Below, piece after piece: positions 1-10,072 of a stretch of DNA of 64,000 nucleotides. Both the position numbers and the translations under genes were made by a program. The stretch lies in IMG/VR virus record IMGVR_UViG_3300021963_007958; one strand, 5' to 3'. The notes below the pieces were generated by a model, which made no database searches, was not told where the DNA came from, and saw nothing but the letters and a program-made list of their open reading frames with translations. This DNA comes from a virus. How positions within the stretch are numbered: the first letter of the stretch is position 1; every line of letters begins with the position of its first letter.

Positions 1-102
1 GATTCTACCACGAACCATGTTGGAAAAGAATTCAAATTCAAATCCAATCACAGCTGCGTTTAAAGCATGTAGTTTATCAAAGTGATTTAGGTTATTGGAC
101 AT
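1..102 (-). CDS. 5' part of a gene running off the window; possible amidoligase-like (COOH-NH2 ligase) protein
   Basis: ATG at 102 opens MSNNLNHFDKLHALNAAVIGFEFEFFSNMVRGRI with no stop to base 1 and overlaps the S1 stop. The hG[FV]EhE motif is typical of phage amidoligase N-termini. Not in the ORF track. Confidence 0.4.
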   Translation of the reverse strand, partial: MSNNLNHFDKLHALNAAVIGFEFEFFSNMVRGRI

Positions 103-1264
103 CTACAGGTTTAGCGAATATTTTTCCCATTACTGGGTCAACTTCATAGATCAAGATTGCAATTCTGTCTCCAGGTTTAGCATTCTTTAAATCTGAAGTT
201 AGTCTATCTTGCGGGATCATAGCCATCATTCCAGTTTCAGGAACTTCAACTAAGCATCCGTTTTTTCTCTTGTATTTGATGATTGCAGCCATCGTCTCAA
301 TTGTTCCGTTTTCTACTTGGTCTTTAATCTCATAGATTTTAACAGTCTTTTCGATGGGTGCTCCAAAAGTTAGAGTCAATTTGTTGTCTTCTTTAACTTC
401 TTTAACGTAGAATTCTATATCGTCTCCAGGGTTAAATCCTTGAACAACCTGATCTTCAAATTCTGTCTTGTGGATAAGGCCGGTGTAAACGTCTTCCCAC
501 TCTACAAATAGACCGAATGGGGAAGAACCAGTTACGCATCCTTTGTATTTCCTGGTTAGATCAAGTTCTTGAATTTTTTGATCCATGATCTTACTAAGGT
601 ACTTCTTATAAGAAACTACGAATATGTCTTTTTGAGCAACATACCCATCAATCATAACATAGATCGTTTTTCCTAGATATGATTCGAAATCAGTAATCTT
701 GTTTGCTGCTGCAAGAGACCCAGGAAGGAAACACTTAACGCCAGAGATATCAACTAAATATCCTCCTTTGTTGATCGATTCAACTCTTGCTGGGTAAGCA
801 ACAGAAGCCTCTTTAATCTGTGCAAAAAATTCTGCTTTTAGCCCCTGTACGTAGCATTCAACTACTGAACCATAGTAGGTTCCGTTTATTTCTCTAACAA
901 TTGCTTCAAATTCAGAGGAAACTTTAAAGTCGATCCCTTCGATTCCTAATCTAACCGCATCTTTTCTTTCTTTCTTTAGATCGATAAAAATGGTCTGACC
1001 TGAATCTGTGTAGCCAAGGGCGCTTGTCTCGTTCAAGTTGGAAATTCTAAATCTGTAGATTTTTCCTTCTTCTAGATCTTTAGAGAATTCTAGAGTTCCA
1101 GGATTAGTTCCGCAATATAGAGAATATAAGGCAGAAGCATATCCTTCGTGAGAATAAATCTTAATGTGATTAGGGGTTTTGATTGTTTTGTTTACTGTCA
1201 GTCCACTGGGGATTTCCCAGTTAAAAGTTTCTGTTTCTTCTTTTAGTAAAGAGATTTTTTCCAT
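92..1264 (-). CDS. rpsA: ribosomal protein S1-like multi-S1-domain RNA-binding protein
   Basis: S1 repeats such as ARVESINKGGYLVDISGVKCFLPGS, GCVTGSSPFGLFVE..YTGLIHKTE and a C-terminal S1-like unit. Confidence 0.8.
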   Translation of the reverse strand: MEKISLLKEETETFNWEIPSGLTVNKTIKTPNHIKIYSHEGYASALYSLYCGTNPGTLEFSKDLEEGKIYRFRISNLNETSALGYTDSGQTIFIDLKKERKDAVRLGIEGIDFKVSSEFEAIVREINGTYYGSVVECYVQGLKAEFFAQIKEASVAYPARVESINKGGYLVDISGVKCFLPGSLAAANKITDFESYLGKTIYVMIDGYVAQKDIFVVSYKKYLSKIMDQKIQELDLTRKYKGCVTGSSPFGLFVEWEDVYTGLIHKTEFEDQVVQGFNPGDDIEFYVKEVKEDNKLTLTFGAPIEKTVKIYEIKDQVENGTIETMAAIIKYKRKNGCLVEVPETGMMAMIPQDRLTSDLKNAKPGDRIAILIYEVDPVMGKIFAKPVDVQ

Positions 1265-1332
1265 TATTTGTGTTGATTAAAAAGTGAGTCTGATTTATAT
1301 ATCTTCTCTCCTTCTGAAGTAATTTAATTTCC

Positions 1333-2214
1333 TTATGGTATAGCAGGAACAATCTCGATTTTAATTCCTGTCACTACACCATTAGCGTCTTTTACATTCT
1401 CTAATATTCTACCTGGCTGATTTTGTCTAGCCTGAACTATATTATTTGAAGTAACGATAGCATATCTTGGGTCAACAGACAATCGATACTCGCCGGTTTT
1501 AAGAGTAACCTGTGTTCCAGGAGGAGTTGGTGGAGGTGGTTGATCAACTTCAGACTCGCTAGGTCCGCTAATTCCAAGAGTTTTTTCTATGCTTAAAATT
1601 TGCTGGAGTGTGTTGGTAACAGAAGAAGGTAGAGCAAACTTAATCTTATCTGCAGCTATCAGCATATTAAGGAAAGCTGTTTTTATATTTCCAAGGGATC
1701 TTCTTATAGACTTAATAGTTTGATATAAAATTCCCAAATTAAAAATAGGGTTGGGCGCTGCTGCTCCAAGAGCTGCAGGCTGTAGAGAAGTTGTTGCTGC
1801 TAGGGTTATTGTTTTTGGTAACTCGGTCACTTCTTGTGAAATCACACCATAGTTAACTTCTATAACAGAGATCTGTTCTTGGATGAAGTCTCTCTGTGCT
1901 TCCACATACTTAGCAGCCATTTCATCCGCTTTTTTCAGAGCTTCATCTGTCTTCTTTTTTCTTCTTGCTTTCTTCTCCTCGTCAGTCTCTACAATTCCAG
2001 CATCTGCCTTTTCCTGCTCTTCTTTTGCTGCTTCCTGTTCCCCTAGAGTTTTATAGTAATCGATGGTATCTGCAAGATTCTGATCCAATTCTGCTAAATT
2101 TTTTGCAACTTCTTCCACACTCAAACCTGGTATCTGTGGACCAGAACTAGCTAGATCGGATATTAACTTTTTCTGGTCCTTAAGGGCCTTGATATATTCT
2201 GCTGTTACTGCCAT
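1333..2214 (-). CDS. hypothetical protein, baseplate module (coiled-coil)
   Basis: 293 aa ORF directly downstream of the gp5-like gene. Confidence 0.6.
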   Translation of the reverse strand: MAVTAEYIKALKDQKKLISDLASSGPQIPGLSVEEVAKNLAELDQNLADTIDYYKTLGEQEAAKEEQEKADAGIVETDEEKKARRKKKTDEALKKADEMAAKYVEAQRDFIQEQISVIEVNYGVISQEVTELPKTITLAATTSLQPAALGAAAPNPIFNLGILYQTIKSIRRSLGNIKTAFLNMLIAADKIKFALPSSVTNTLQQILSIEKTLGISGPSESEVDQPPPPTPPGTQVTLKTGEYRLSVDPRYAIVTSNNIVQARQNQPGRILENVKDANGVVTGIKIEIVPAIP

Positions 2215-2218
2215 ATTT

Positions 2219-2878
2219 TTACTTTGTCTTAGTTACCAAGCTCAAAAGATTAGGGATCATGGGAACAACAGGGGGGCTTCCCGCTCCTGCATGGACGTGG
2301 GTATCAAAGAATTGCTTAAACGCATCTCCTCTAATAACAGCCTGCGTGGCCCCTTCTCCTAATTCTATATTGTTAGAGTTGATTATGACTTTGCTGTTCT
2401 CCATTTTAATTTGGTCCTTTCCCATTTCTATAACTATTCTTAAATTTCCTCCGTCTTGCGTGTCGAGTTGAATTTTAGCATCTCCTAGTGAAAGAACCAT
2501 CCCTTTTTTCTTGGTGTAAAAAAGCTTTAGTGTACCAGGTTCGGCCTCAACGTCATACCAAATTGACTGTGCGCCCTCGTAGGAGTCAGAAATCTCTTCA
2601 AGAAGTGCCGAAGAAGACTCCTTTTCAAATTCATAAAAGCACTTATAATAGTTGGATCCATCAAACTGGACGTTTACTACTGCTCCAACTCTAGGAATAC
2701 TAATATTTCCATTTCCTCTCGCAGAAGAAAAAGAAAGTCCCGATATTTGCTCAGCCCATGGGATGTCTTCAATTTCCAATTCGTCGAAAAATCCAAAAAC
2801 TCTAATCCTTGCTCTCCCTTGCTTTAAAGGGTCGTTAATGTCTACTATTTCTCCAAGATGTACGTGAGGGTTACTCAT
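2219..2878 (-). CDS. baseplate central spike (gp5/VgrG/gpV OB-fold with C-terminal HxH apex)
   Basis: GEIVDINDPLKQGRARIRVFG..IPWA..IPRVGAVVNVQF OB-fold motif; C-terminal FDTHVH. Confidence 0.85.
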   Translation of the reverse strand: MSNPHVHLGEIVDINDPLKQGRARIRVFGFFDELEIEDIPWAEQISGLSFSSARGNGNISIPRVGAVVNVQFDGSNYYKCFYEFEKESSSALLEEISDSYEGAQSIWYDVEAEPGTLKLFYTKKKGMVLSLGDAKIQLDTQDGGNLRIVIEMGKDQIKMENSKVIINSNNIELGEGATQAVIRGDAFKQFFDTHVHAGAGSPPVVPMIPNLLSLVTKTK

Positions 2879-2882
2879 ATTC

Positions 2883-5282
2883 TTATTTGTTAGGAACTAT
2901 TACACCGTTTACGGGGTTTAAAACTCCAATATCGCTTCCAGAGTCAGGGGATGGGCCATTAGTCGTTCCCAGACTTATATTAAACTTATCTTCTCCTTTT
3001 GTGTTTCCTAAATCTACTGGAGCCATTGGGGTAAAGTCTCCGCTAGTGGGAGGATACACTTTCCCAATTTCACCTCTTTGATATGTAGGAGATATTGAAT
3101 TGTATACAGGAGAAGGAGGACTATCAAATACGTTAGAAGGGGATCTCAACTCTCCGCCCGGTGCAACAACTTTTTGCTCCGTCGCATAAACTCTTCCGAT
3201 ATTCTGATCTGCAAAAATATTAGTTCCAGGGTCAGGATAAAAATCCCCAGTCGGAATAGGATAAACCCTATCGGGGACTCCTAGATCCCCACCAGGAACA
3301 CTTGCATATTCGTCTATTCTGTCCGCCTTGTACATTCTATCTGGAACTCCAAGATCAGATCCCGGAACATTGGAATAAGCATCTCCTCCTGGGATAGGGT
3401 AAACTCTGTCTGGAGCCCCAAGATCAGATCCAGGAACATTAAAATATGCATCTCCGGTCGGAATAGGATAAACCCTATCCGGAACTCCGAGGTCTTTTCC
3501 TGGGACATCCGGGTATGCATCCCCACCAGGCACAGGATAAACTCTGTCTGGGACACCTAGATCTCCACCGGGAACATCTGGGTATGCATCTCCTGTTGGT
3601 ATTGGATAAACTCTGTCTGGGACACCTAGATCCCCGCCAGGAACATCAGGATATGCATCCCCGGTTGGAACTGGATAAACTCTTCCGGGAACTCCGAGAT
3701 CTCTTCCTGGGACATTAGGATATGCATCACCTCTAGCTGGGGGATAAACTCTTCCAGGAACTCCTAAGTCAGACCCCGGAACGTTTGCATAGACGTCAGT
3801 ATTTGTCTGGATAGGGGGATAAACTCTTTGAGGTGGACCACCAAGCCCCGTAGTCTGTGGATTTGGTAAAGCTCCTGCAAATATGTTATCAATTCCAACA
3901 TCTGAAGCTCCATTTAAAAAATTCTGAGCATCACTAAATCCTAAGTTTCCGCTAATAAATCCTTGAATTTGTGCTGGATTTAAACTGTAGATATTGCCCA
4001 GCAAAGTCTGGCTAGCTCCAGCTAGAGCTGGATTTATAAACTGAGATATTCCTTCGTTAATCAAGTCACTGATTGCTTGAGATGTAACGTTAGTTAAGAT
4101 TTCTCTTCCCAAGTTTACAATAGTTTCAAGATCTAAACTATCATTGTAGATCTGAACAGAACTTCTATTTTGGTCGTAGCTATCCCCTAAAACAAGATAA
4201 CTACCGTCTGTTCTAATATTAGGAAATTGGGTCCTCATTCGGACTTTTCCAACGTGAATTTTGAAAGATTGTGTAGCAGATCTAGGGTCTATTCCGACAT
4301 CGATATCAGCAAAAGGTTTACTAGCACTAAAATCAAATTCACACTGATGACACTCATAAATTAAAACCGGTTTAATACCGCTTTGGTCCTGCTGGTTTCT
4401 AAAAGCATCAATATCATTCATTAGGCCAGATTGATTGGCAACCCCCCTAACAAAAGAGTTGAACGAGTTACCAGGGGCTCCTGGTCCAGAAGGGAGTCTT
4501 TCCCCAACTGGTGTATTTGCAATGGATCCTCCGGGGTTTCTGTCGGAGGTCAAAAGAGAGGTAAGATCATCAAGAGCTGCAACTGCTGCAGATGATCCGG
4601 TTAGTCTAGTTGTCTTAAAGAAATTTCTAATCTCCGTTACATAAATCCACATCGTGAATTTACGAAGATTTCTTGGGACTAGCCATTTCATATTATCAGC
4701 ATCAAACATTGCCTGATTATACAAGTTTGCAAGTGCAGTCATCTTCATATTTAGAGACTCTAAACAATTGATAGTTAATACTTTTCCTGCAGTTCTAGCA
4801 GGATTGAAGTTGTCCATCCCCTGTTCACTCTGGAATCCTGATATTGCTATCTTTTCCAGATCATCCAATCCTGTTATAGATTGAAAAAACCAAGGAGAAT
4901 TATTGTTAATGTCTTGAAGTAGAATTTGGAATTGTCTTAAAGCATTAGCTCTTTTGAGGGCATTTCCTCTTAAGTAGCCCCCGTCTCTTTGAAGTAGATA
5001 ATTATATGCAGAATAGTAAACTACGTTTGTTGATGTGAACCCGTACTGAGGTTGGCCGAACATATTCTGGGGCATGTTAGCAGCCCCATCTGTGGTTGTG
5101 TAATTATTAACTCTCAGCAGAGGGCTAGGAGCCCATCCATTTTCCAGATTGACTGGGAGGGAGCCAAAGTCAAAAACAAATTTAAACCCAAGATAGGTTG
5201 GATCCTCATTTTCTCCGGATCTGGAAAGATTAAATCCTTTTAGAAATAAGGACCTATTTTTATCGGTTGCATTAATACCCAT
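2883..5282 (-). CDS. virion baseplate/tail protein with 23-aa Pro/Gly repeats
   Basis: 799 aa in the baseplate cluster; repeated DAYPDVPGGDLGVPDRVYPIPTG units; GATAAATA motif upstream. Confidence 0.65.
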   Translation of the reverse strand: MGINATDKNRSLFLKGFNLSRSGENEDPTYLGFKFVFDFGSLPVNLENGWAPSPLLRVNNYTTTDGAANMPQNMFGQPQYGFTSTNVVYYSAYNYLLQRDGGYLRGNALKRANALRQFQILLQDINNNSPWFFQSITGLDDLEKIAISGFQSEQGMDNFNPARTAGKVLTINCLESLNMKMTALANLYNQAMFDADNMKWLVPRNLRKFTMWIYVTEIRNFFKTTRLTGSSAAVAALDDLTSLLTSDRNPGGSIANTPVGERLPSGPGAPGNSFNSFVRGVANQSGLMNDIDAFRNQQDQSGIKPVLIYECHQCEFDFSASKPFADIDVGIDPRSATQSFKIHVGKVRMRTQFPNIRTDGSYLVLGDSYDQNRSSVQIYNDSLDLETIVNLGREILTNVTSQAISDLINEGISQFINPALAGASQTLLGNIYSLNPAQIQGFISGNLGFSDAQNFLNGASDVGIDNIFAGALPNPQTTGLGGPPQRVYPPIQTNTDVYANVPGSDLGVPGRVYPPARGDAYPNVPGRDLGVPGRVYPVPTGDAYPDVPGGDLGVPDRVYPIPTGDAYPDVPGGDLGVPDRVYPVPGGDAYPDVPGKDLGVPDRVYPIPTGDAYFNVPGSDLGAPDRVYPIPGGDAYSNVPGSDLGVPDRMYKADRIDEYASVPGGDLGVPDRVYPIPTGDFYPDPGTNIFADQNIGRVYATEQKVVAPGGELRSPSNVFDSPPSPVYNSISPTYQRGEIGKVYPPTSGDFTPMAPVDLGNTKGEDKFNISLGTTNGPSPDSGSDIGVLNPVNGVIVPNK
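3230..3830 (-). repeat. about 8 coding tandem repeats of 69 bp (23 aa)
   Basis: The RVY-encoding motif recurs with 69-bp spacing from about 3260 to 3750, with degenerate flanking copies. Confidence 0.9.
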
Positions 5283-5306
5283 GTCTTCTCTTTTATATTT
5301 ATCCTA

Positions 5307-6875
5307 TTATCTTCGCAATCTAGAAGCAGCATTTTGGACTCCGGCAGCAGCATTTTGGAATTTAGCAGCAGTGCTATTAGAAACAATGTTGATCGGGAAT
5401 GCTTTAGGTTGATTTCCTGCACTGTTAAGAATCCATTCTCTTTTGCATAGATTTAGAATTTGATAAAATCCTTTTTCCTCGCTCCAGCTAATGCTATACC
5501 CCATTAAAACGTATTGGCCAGAAAGAAACTGATCCATAACAAGACCCGCAGACTGCTGGGCTTTCTTATCGTTCGAAATACCGGTGTTCTCCATTCTGGT
5601 TCCTTTCTCCTTTACATAGAGCATTACAGGAACTACCTGACCTCTGTAAAATCCTCCAAAATAAGACTGAGTTTCTACCTGAAGGGTAAACTTAGTAACA
5701 TCACTAATATTTAGTGGATTTTGTACCCTAGCTTGAAAGTAGTTTTCATGAACGGATCCAGAATCTCCAGTGTCTAGAATTCCCATCCACTTTTTTCTAA
5801 CCTCCTTAAGGTATTCTTTCTCTGATGCTCTACCCCTTTGAAGAATCATATTTTCTCTAATGTCCTCGGTGGTTGTTGCTTGGATTGAATAATTAACGGA
5901 TTTTTCAGAAGGTTTGACTCTATATTCCGTGTTGTCGTTATAGAACTGAACAACTTGAACGTACCCCATTTTGTTTGTGGTGTTCCCGGCTTCACTAAGC
6001 ATAGTAAACTTCATAGCATAAAAGGGATATCCAAAAAATTGAGGGGCATTGGTAATCATCAGTGGGACCTCTGCCGGTTTAAGTTCAATTCCGGGAAACA
6101 ATGTATCGTCCGCTTTTCCAGTTGCAGATCCGGGAATGATTAATACATTTTGTACAATATCTTCTGCAGTTAATTGGTTGTTAATATTTACAAAATTTAA
6201 GTTATAGTAAGCATCTACCCAGGTAGCATAAAAACTCTGGTCATCTTTATAGGAGCTAATTGTCACATCTTTAATGAAATTATAATAGGAAAGATTTGGA
6301 TTGATCCAAGTCATCTTATCATTCATGTTGAAGTCGTTAGATGCAAATCCGAGATCTAAATCTTGGGAAACATCAAAAAGAGTCTGTGCAGATGTTTTAT
6401 TTCTGTATGCTTTACATACCTCAGTGTAAAATCCAGGAACTCTACATTCTCCCAGTATGGAAAAAACTATAGCGGTTCCTTCAGAATCTGTAGATCTGTT
6501 TGAGTCCACACTAAGAACAGTAAAATCCATCCGGATGGGTTTATAAACCGAGACATTAGATCTAATATAAATAGAAATAACATCACCGTCTTTAGGGTAG
6601 CTGACACCAATAAAGGTCGGATTTCCCGTGTAGAATTTAAAGCTAACGGTAGGTAGAATAGTGTTGAAGTCCAGATCAAAGTCCATCAAAAACTTCTGAA
6701 CAAAATAACCATTGATAAAGATAACTGGCTTGGAATATCCATACTCCTTATCGTCTGCATCTCTTAGATAAGTATCCGGAGAAGTAGTATTGCCAGAACG
6801 ATTTGGCACAGCTAGCTCGTCCATCGTAATCGATGTTTTTGAGTAGTTCCTTATTACAGCTTGTTCTGACGCCAT
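5307..6875 (-). CDS. baseplate hub protein (gp27/Mu gp44-like)
   Basis: Lies between the gp53-like and gp5-like genes; hub-like C-terminus FYRGQVVPV...FLSGQYVLMGYSISW. Confidence 0.6.
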   Translation of the reverse strand: MASEQAVIRNYSKTSITMDELAVPNRSGNTTSPDTYLRDADDKEYGYSKPVIFINGYFVQKFLMDFDLDFNTILPTVSFKFYTGNPTFIGVSYPKDGDVISIYIRSNVSVYKPIRMDFTVLSVDSNRSTDSEGTAIVFSILGECRVPGFYTEVCKAYRNKTSAQTLFDVSQDLDLGFASNDFNMNDKMTWINPNLSYYNFIKDVTISSYKDDQSFYATWVDAYYNLNFVNINNQLTAEDIVQNVLIIPGSATGKADDTLFPGIELKPAEVPLMITNAPQFFGYPFYAMKFTMLSEAGNTTNKMGYVQVVQFYNDNTEYRVKPSEKSVNYSIQATTTEDIRENMILQRGRASEKEYLKEVRKKWMGILDTGDSGSVHENYFQARVQNPLNISDVTKFTLQVETQSYFGGFYRGQVVPVMLYVKEKGTRMENTGISNDKKAQQSAGLVMDQFLSGQYVLMGYSISWSEEKGFYQILNLCKREWILNSAGNQPKAFPINIVSNSTAAKFQNAAAGVQNAASRLRR

Positions 6876-6881
6876 ATTAAA

Positions 6882-7469
6882 TTAGAGTGGAATTGCATTA
6901 GGATTTGGACCTGCAGAACTAACACTAGGACCAAGAGAGATAAATCCAGGAGTTTTGAGGGTTTGAACCTCCCCTTCTTGAAGGATATTTGGTGGAATAG
7001 CTTGAGACGTTGGACTCTTTATTCCAGCTTGGGATTCTAAGAAACTCTTCCTTGACTGACTAACCTTAAATGCTTTATTTTCTTGAGATTTTCTGAAAGT
7101 TGAATTAGGATTGGTTGTTGTATTATTTTGGGCAAGCAAAGTTCTCTTTTGGTCAAATGCTGCATCGATTCTATCCTGAACTGGAATAGCAAAGACAGTT
7201 CCAGTTTGGATTGCAAAGGGGTTCGAAATGGAATTAATTTTCATCAAAGATCCCGTATATGCTAGATCCCCGTAAGCTTGAAGAGCGACTAGATCAGGTC
7301 TCATCTGAGCATCCTCCGTTAAATTAATGAAAGATTGGATCTTTAAATTTATCAGTGAGAAGCTAACAGAGGATTTAGTAAGATCCCAAATTCCTATGCC
7401 TTGTTCCATCAGACCCCTGTTAGGATTAAAGATGGTTTTATTTCTTGAAAGAGTATCTATTTCTATCAT
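6882..7469 (-). CDS. baseplate wedge gp53-like LysM protein
   Basis: RPDLVALQAYGD....LMKINSISNPF..GTVFAIP motif. Confidence 0.75.
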   Translation of the reverse strand: MIEIDTLSRNKTIFNPNRGLMEQGIGIWDLTKSSVSFSLINLKIQSFINLTEDAQMRPDLVALQAYGDLAYTGSLMKINSISNPFAIQTGTVFAIPVQDRIDAAFDQKRTLLAQNNTTTNPNSTFRKSQENKAFKVSQSRKSFLESQAGIKSPTSQAIPPNILQEGEVQTLKTPGFISLGPSVSSAGPNPNAIPL

Positions 7470-7483
7470 TTTGTTAAATAAAT

Positions 7484-9445
7484 TTAAATATCGTCGGGCT
7501 GATATTGTTCAGTAGAAAGTCCAGGACCATAGAACGTAGACATATCTGTTGTTCCGTCCTTGTTTGGACTTGTGATAACCTGTCCAGTAGTTGTTCCAAA
7601 TGCTCCTGTAGACTGTGAATTTGAATAAACTGAAGTGACTGACTGATAAAGTCTTCCTCCTCCTCGGTTAAACATCGATTCAATTTCTCCTCTTTCCCTC
7701 GATCTAGCGTGTTTCAAAGTAACTTTAGCGGTCAATTCGGTAGGAAAGTCGTCCGGGCCTAAAGTCTCGCCAAAGGTAATATCTATATTTTTACAAATGA
7801 GGTTCCCCATCATTGCAATAGGATTACAGGGATTCCCAACAACTAGATGCCATTCTCCGGTTGGAAGGCCGGTTAAAACAGCAGCAGGAAAAACTAATTC
7901 CTTAGTGAATTTTTCAGTTAAAGCATACAATATAAGGTTATTTAACTGACTCGAGTTTCCAAGATCTTTAGCAAAATCTTTCAGAGTTTTATTTTGCATC
8001 TGGGTGATTAAGCTAGACCAAAGGTCTCTTGCCTTTCCAACCGAATTAATTGTTCCAGCAACTGCTTCAGCAACAGGATCTCCATTGGTCGTTTGGTTTG
8101 GGTCAACTGCAAATCTAATTAAAGTTTTTATAAACTGAACAGGGTCTGTATAAAATTGGGAAAGACCGTCATCTCCACCCGGGAAATTTACCGCGGGGAA
8201 ATTATTATCGTATCTAATCTCCGGGGTCAAAAAGTTTCCATAATTTGTAGTCAGGGACAAAAGGTTCCCGAGTATATCCACCATAGCAGCTTTAGAGTTA
8301 ACCTCTCCAACGGAGGTCAGTTCATAGTGGAAATTTAAAGTAAAGTCGTTGAAAACTCCATTTAGTCCTCTTGCTCTCACTACTGCTTGATCTACGGTAT
8401 CAACAGAAACCCAAATAAAATCACTTAATGGTCCTCCGGGAGAAATAGCTTTGTCTCTAAGAGCTTTGTTCCTTCTAGCTGCAACTGATTCCTGGTATCC
8501 GCTATCCGAAGCTGCTGCCATTGCATTTACTGCTGCACCAATTTTAGATCCTATTCCATCTGCAGCTCCAGCATCAGAACCAAAGGTCCCTCCTAAAAGA
8601 TCCCCTAATTGGTTTTTAAATAGACCCGATGCAAATCCATCTTGTTTTATAAAGTCTTGCCCACCTGCTTGAGACAAGCTTTCATTCCATCTTAGACCAG
8701 TAGAAATCTGAAGAATATCAGCTAGAGTATTTCCGGTATTCCCCCCAAACCAAGTTACTGCTTGAGAAACCGGCCTTCCTGCCCCTTGAACCTTATAAAT
8801 GTCCGAATTTTTAACCTTCGAAGGAAGAGAAAGATTATCCCTCATTGGAGAAGGAAATCTTCTCAAAGTAAGCATATAGTTGTTTGGTATCTGTCCATAG
8901 TACTTACAGTAGATAAAGTCCCTCCAGTAGTAAGGAGCAGATGCCCCTCCGATGATAAAAGATCCTTCATCACCAGGTCCAAAGAGATAACTAAAGATGT
9001 TATTTCTTCTTTGATTGGCAACCCCCAGATTAGACTGAGTTTGTCTGACTAGGAATCCTGCGCTTGGGTTTCTTGACCCCCCAGAGACGGAATTAGTTTC
9101 AGAAATCTTAGAGTTATACTGTGTTCTTTCCGAAAGATAGTAGTTTTCATAGAAATTAGGATCTTGATTTCCTACAATTGAATAGAAAAGATATTGACCA
9201 TACTTAGCACTATTATAGTCATAGATCGCAGCATTATAAAAAAGAGATCTAGCAGTTGGTCCAGCATAAGGATTTACATTACCTGAGTTGTACGCCTTAT
9301 CAATGACGTCCTTAGTGGAGTTTTGAAGAAGCTGCTGATTGTTCCCAAAGTTTATCGTGCCGTTTCGTTTCGGCAAACGATCCCCTGCGGTTGGGTTGTT
9401 CGTGGATAAACTAGGACCTTGTCTGGTGGGTTGATCTATTGGCAT
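7484..9445 (-). CDS. baseplate/tail tube initiator-like structural protein
   Basis: Tube-fold-like C-terminus (GNLICKNIDITFG..GPDDFPTELTAKVTLKH); immediately upstream of the LysM gene. Confidence 0.5.
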   Translation of the reverse strand: MPIDQPTRQGPSLSTNNPTAGDRLPKRNGTINFGNNQQLLQNSTKDVIDKAYNSGNVNPYAGPTARSLFYNAAIYDYNSAKYGQYLFYSIVGNQDPNFYENYYLSERTQYNSKISETNSVSGGSRNPSAGFLVRQTQSNLGVANQRRNNIFSYLFGPGDEGSFIIGGASAPYYWRDFIYCKYYGQIPNNYMLTLRRFPSPMRDNLSLPSKVKNSDIYKVQGAGRPVSQAVTWFGGNTGNTLADILQISTGLRWNESLSQAGGQDFIKQDGFASGLFKNQLGDLLGGTFGSDAGAADGIGSKIGAAVNAMAAASDSGYQESVAARRNKALRDKAISPGGPLSDFIWVSVDTVDQAVVRARGLNGVFNDFTLNFHYELTSVGEVNSKAAMVDILGNLLSLTTNYGNFLTPEIRYDNNFPAVNFPGGDDGLSQFYTDPVQFIKTLIRFAVDPNQTTNGDPVAEAVAGTINSVGKARDLWSSLITQMQNKTLKDFAKDLGNSSQLNNLILYALTEKFTKELVFPAAVLTGLPTGEWHLVVGNPCNPIAMMGNLICKNIDITFGETLGPDDFPTELTAKVTLKHARSRERGEIESMFNRGGGRLYQSVTSVYSNSQSTGAFGTTTGQVITSPNKDGTTDMSTFYGPGLSTEQYQPDDI

Positions 9446-9461
9446 TTCCTATATAGTACTT

Positions 9462-9794
9462 TTAAAGAAGTTCAATCGTATAAGAAACCTCTCCCTCCAT
9501 GTCGCTTAGAAAATGTTCTAAGTTTTCTTTGAAGGAATCTGAGATGTTCTTATGAACGACTAGAATTCCATTACTTTTAGTACTATATATTCCCTGTGTG
9601 ATTTTCTTCTGAACTGAGTAGTTTATTACAAATTCAGATTCTCTAGAAAGACTATTTATATCATAGCCTAGATCCTTGATTATTTTTCCAATATCAACGA
9701 TATACAGATCTTCTTCAGAGCAATATTTTTTCTTCGCTTCCTTCAAAGAACACTCAGCTAGAAAAAATCTTATCTCCTGCAATTCCGTTATCAT
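9462..9794 (-). CDS. hypothetical protein
   Basis: 110 aa ORF, translationally coupled to the upstream gene. Confidence 0.6.
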   Translation of the reverse strand: MITELQEIRFFLAECSLKEAKKKYCSEEDLYIVDIGKIIKDLGYDINSLSRESEFVINYSVQKKITQGIYSTKSNGILVVHKNISDSFKENLEHFLSDMEGEVSYTIELL

Positions 9795-10072
9795 TATTTT
9801 TTACCTAAGAATCCGAAAGGGTTGATTCCTTCATCTTCAGATTCCTGAGACGATTCAGGAAAAGTTGTTGGTTCTTTTTCGAGTTGTTGATTTTTTACTT
9901 CTTGTAAGTGATGGGTGTGTAGATATTCTCCCGCGGCGTTAGATCTTCTGAATCTCTCCATCATCTGTTCGTAGGACTCTTTTTTAGACAGAATCCCCAT
10001 TCTCTTTGCGTATTCTCTTCTTTCTCTTCTAGATAAGCTCATGTTCTTAGCCTTTTGTAGATCCAAAATCAA
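9794..10072 (-). CDS. hypothetical protein
   Basis: 92 aa ORF (probable start MSLSRRERR) in the operon. Confidence 0.55.
   Translation of the reverse strand: MILDLQKAKNMSLSRRERREYAKRMGILSKKESYEQMMERFRRSNAAGEYLHTHHLQEVKNQQLEKEPTTFPESSQESEDEGINPFGFLGKK

Noticed and set aside
3230-3830. 69-bp repeats as a CRISPR array
   Set aside because: No unique spacers; the period is a multiple of 3 and variation is mostly synonymous within an ORF.
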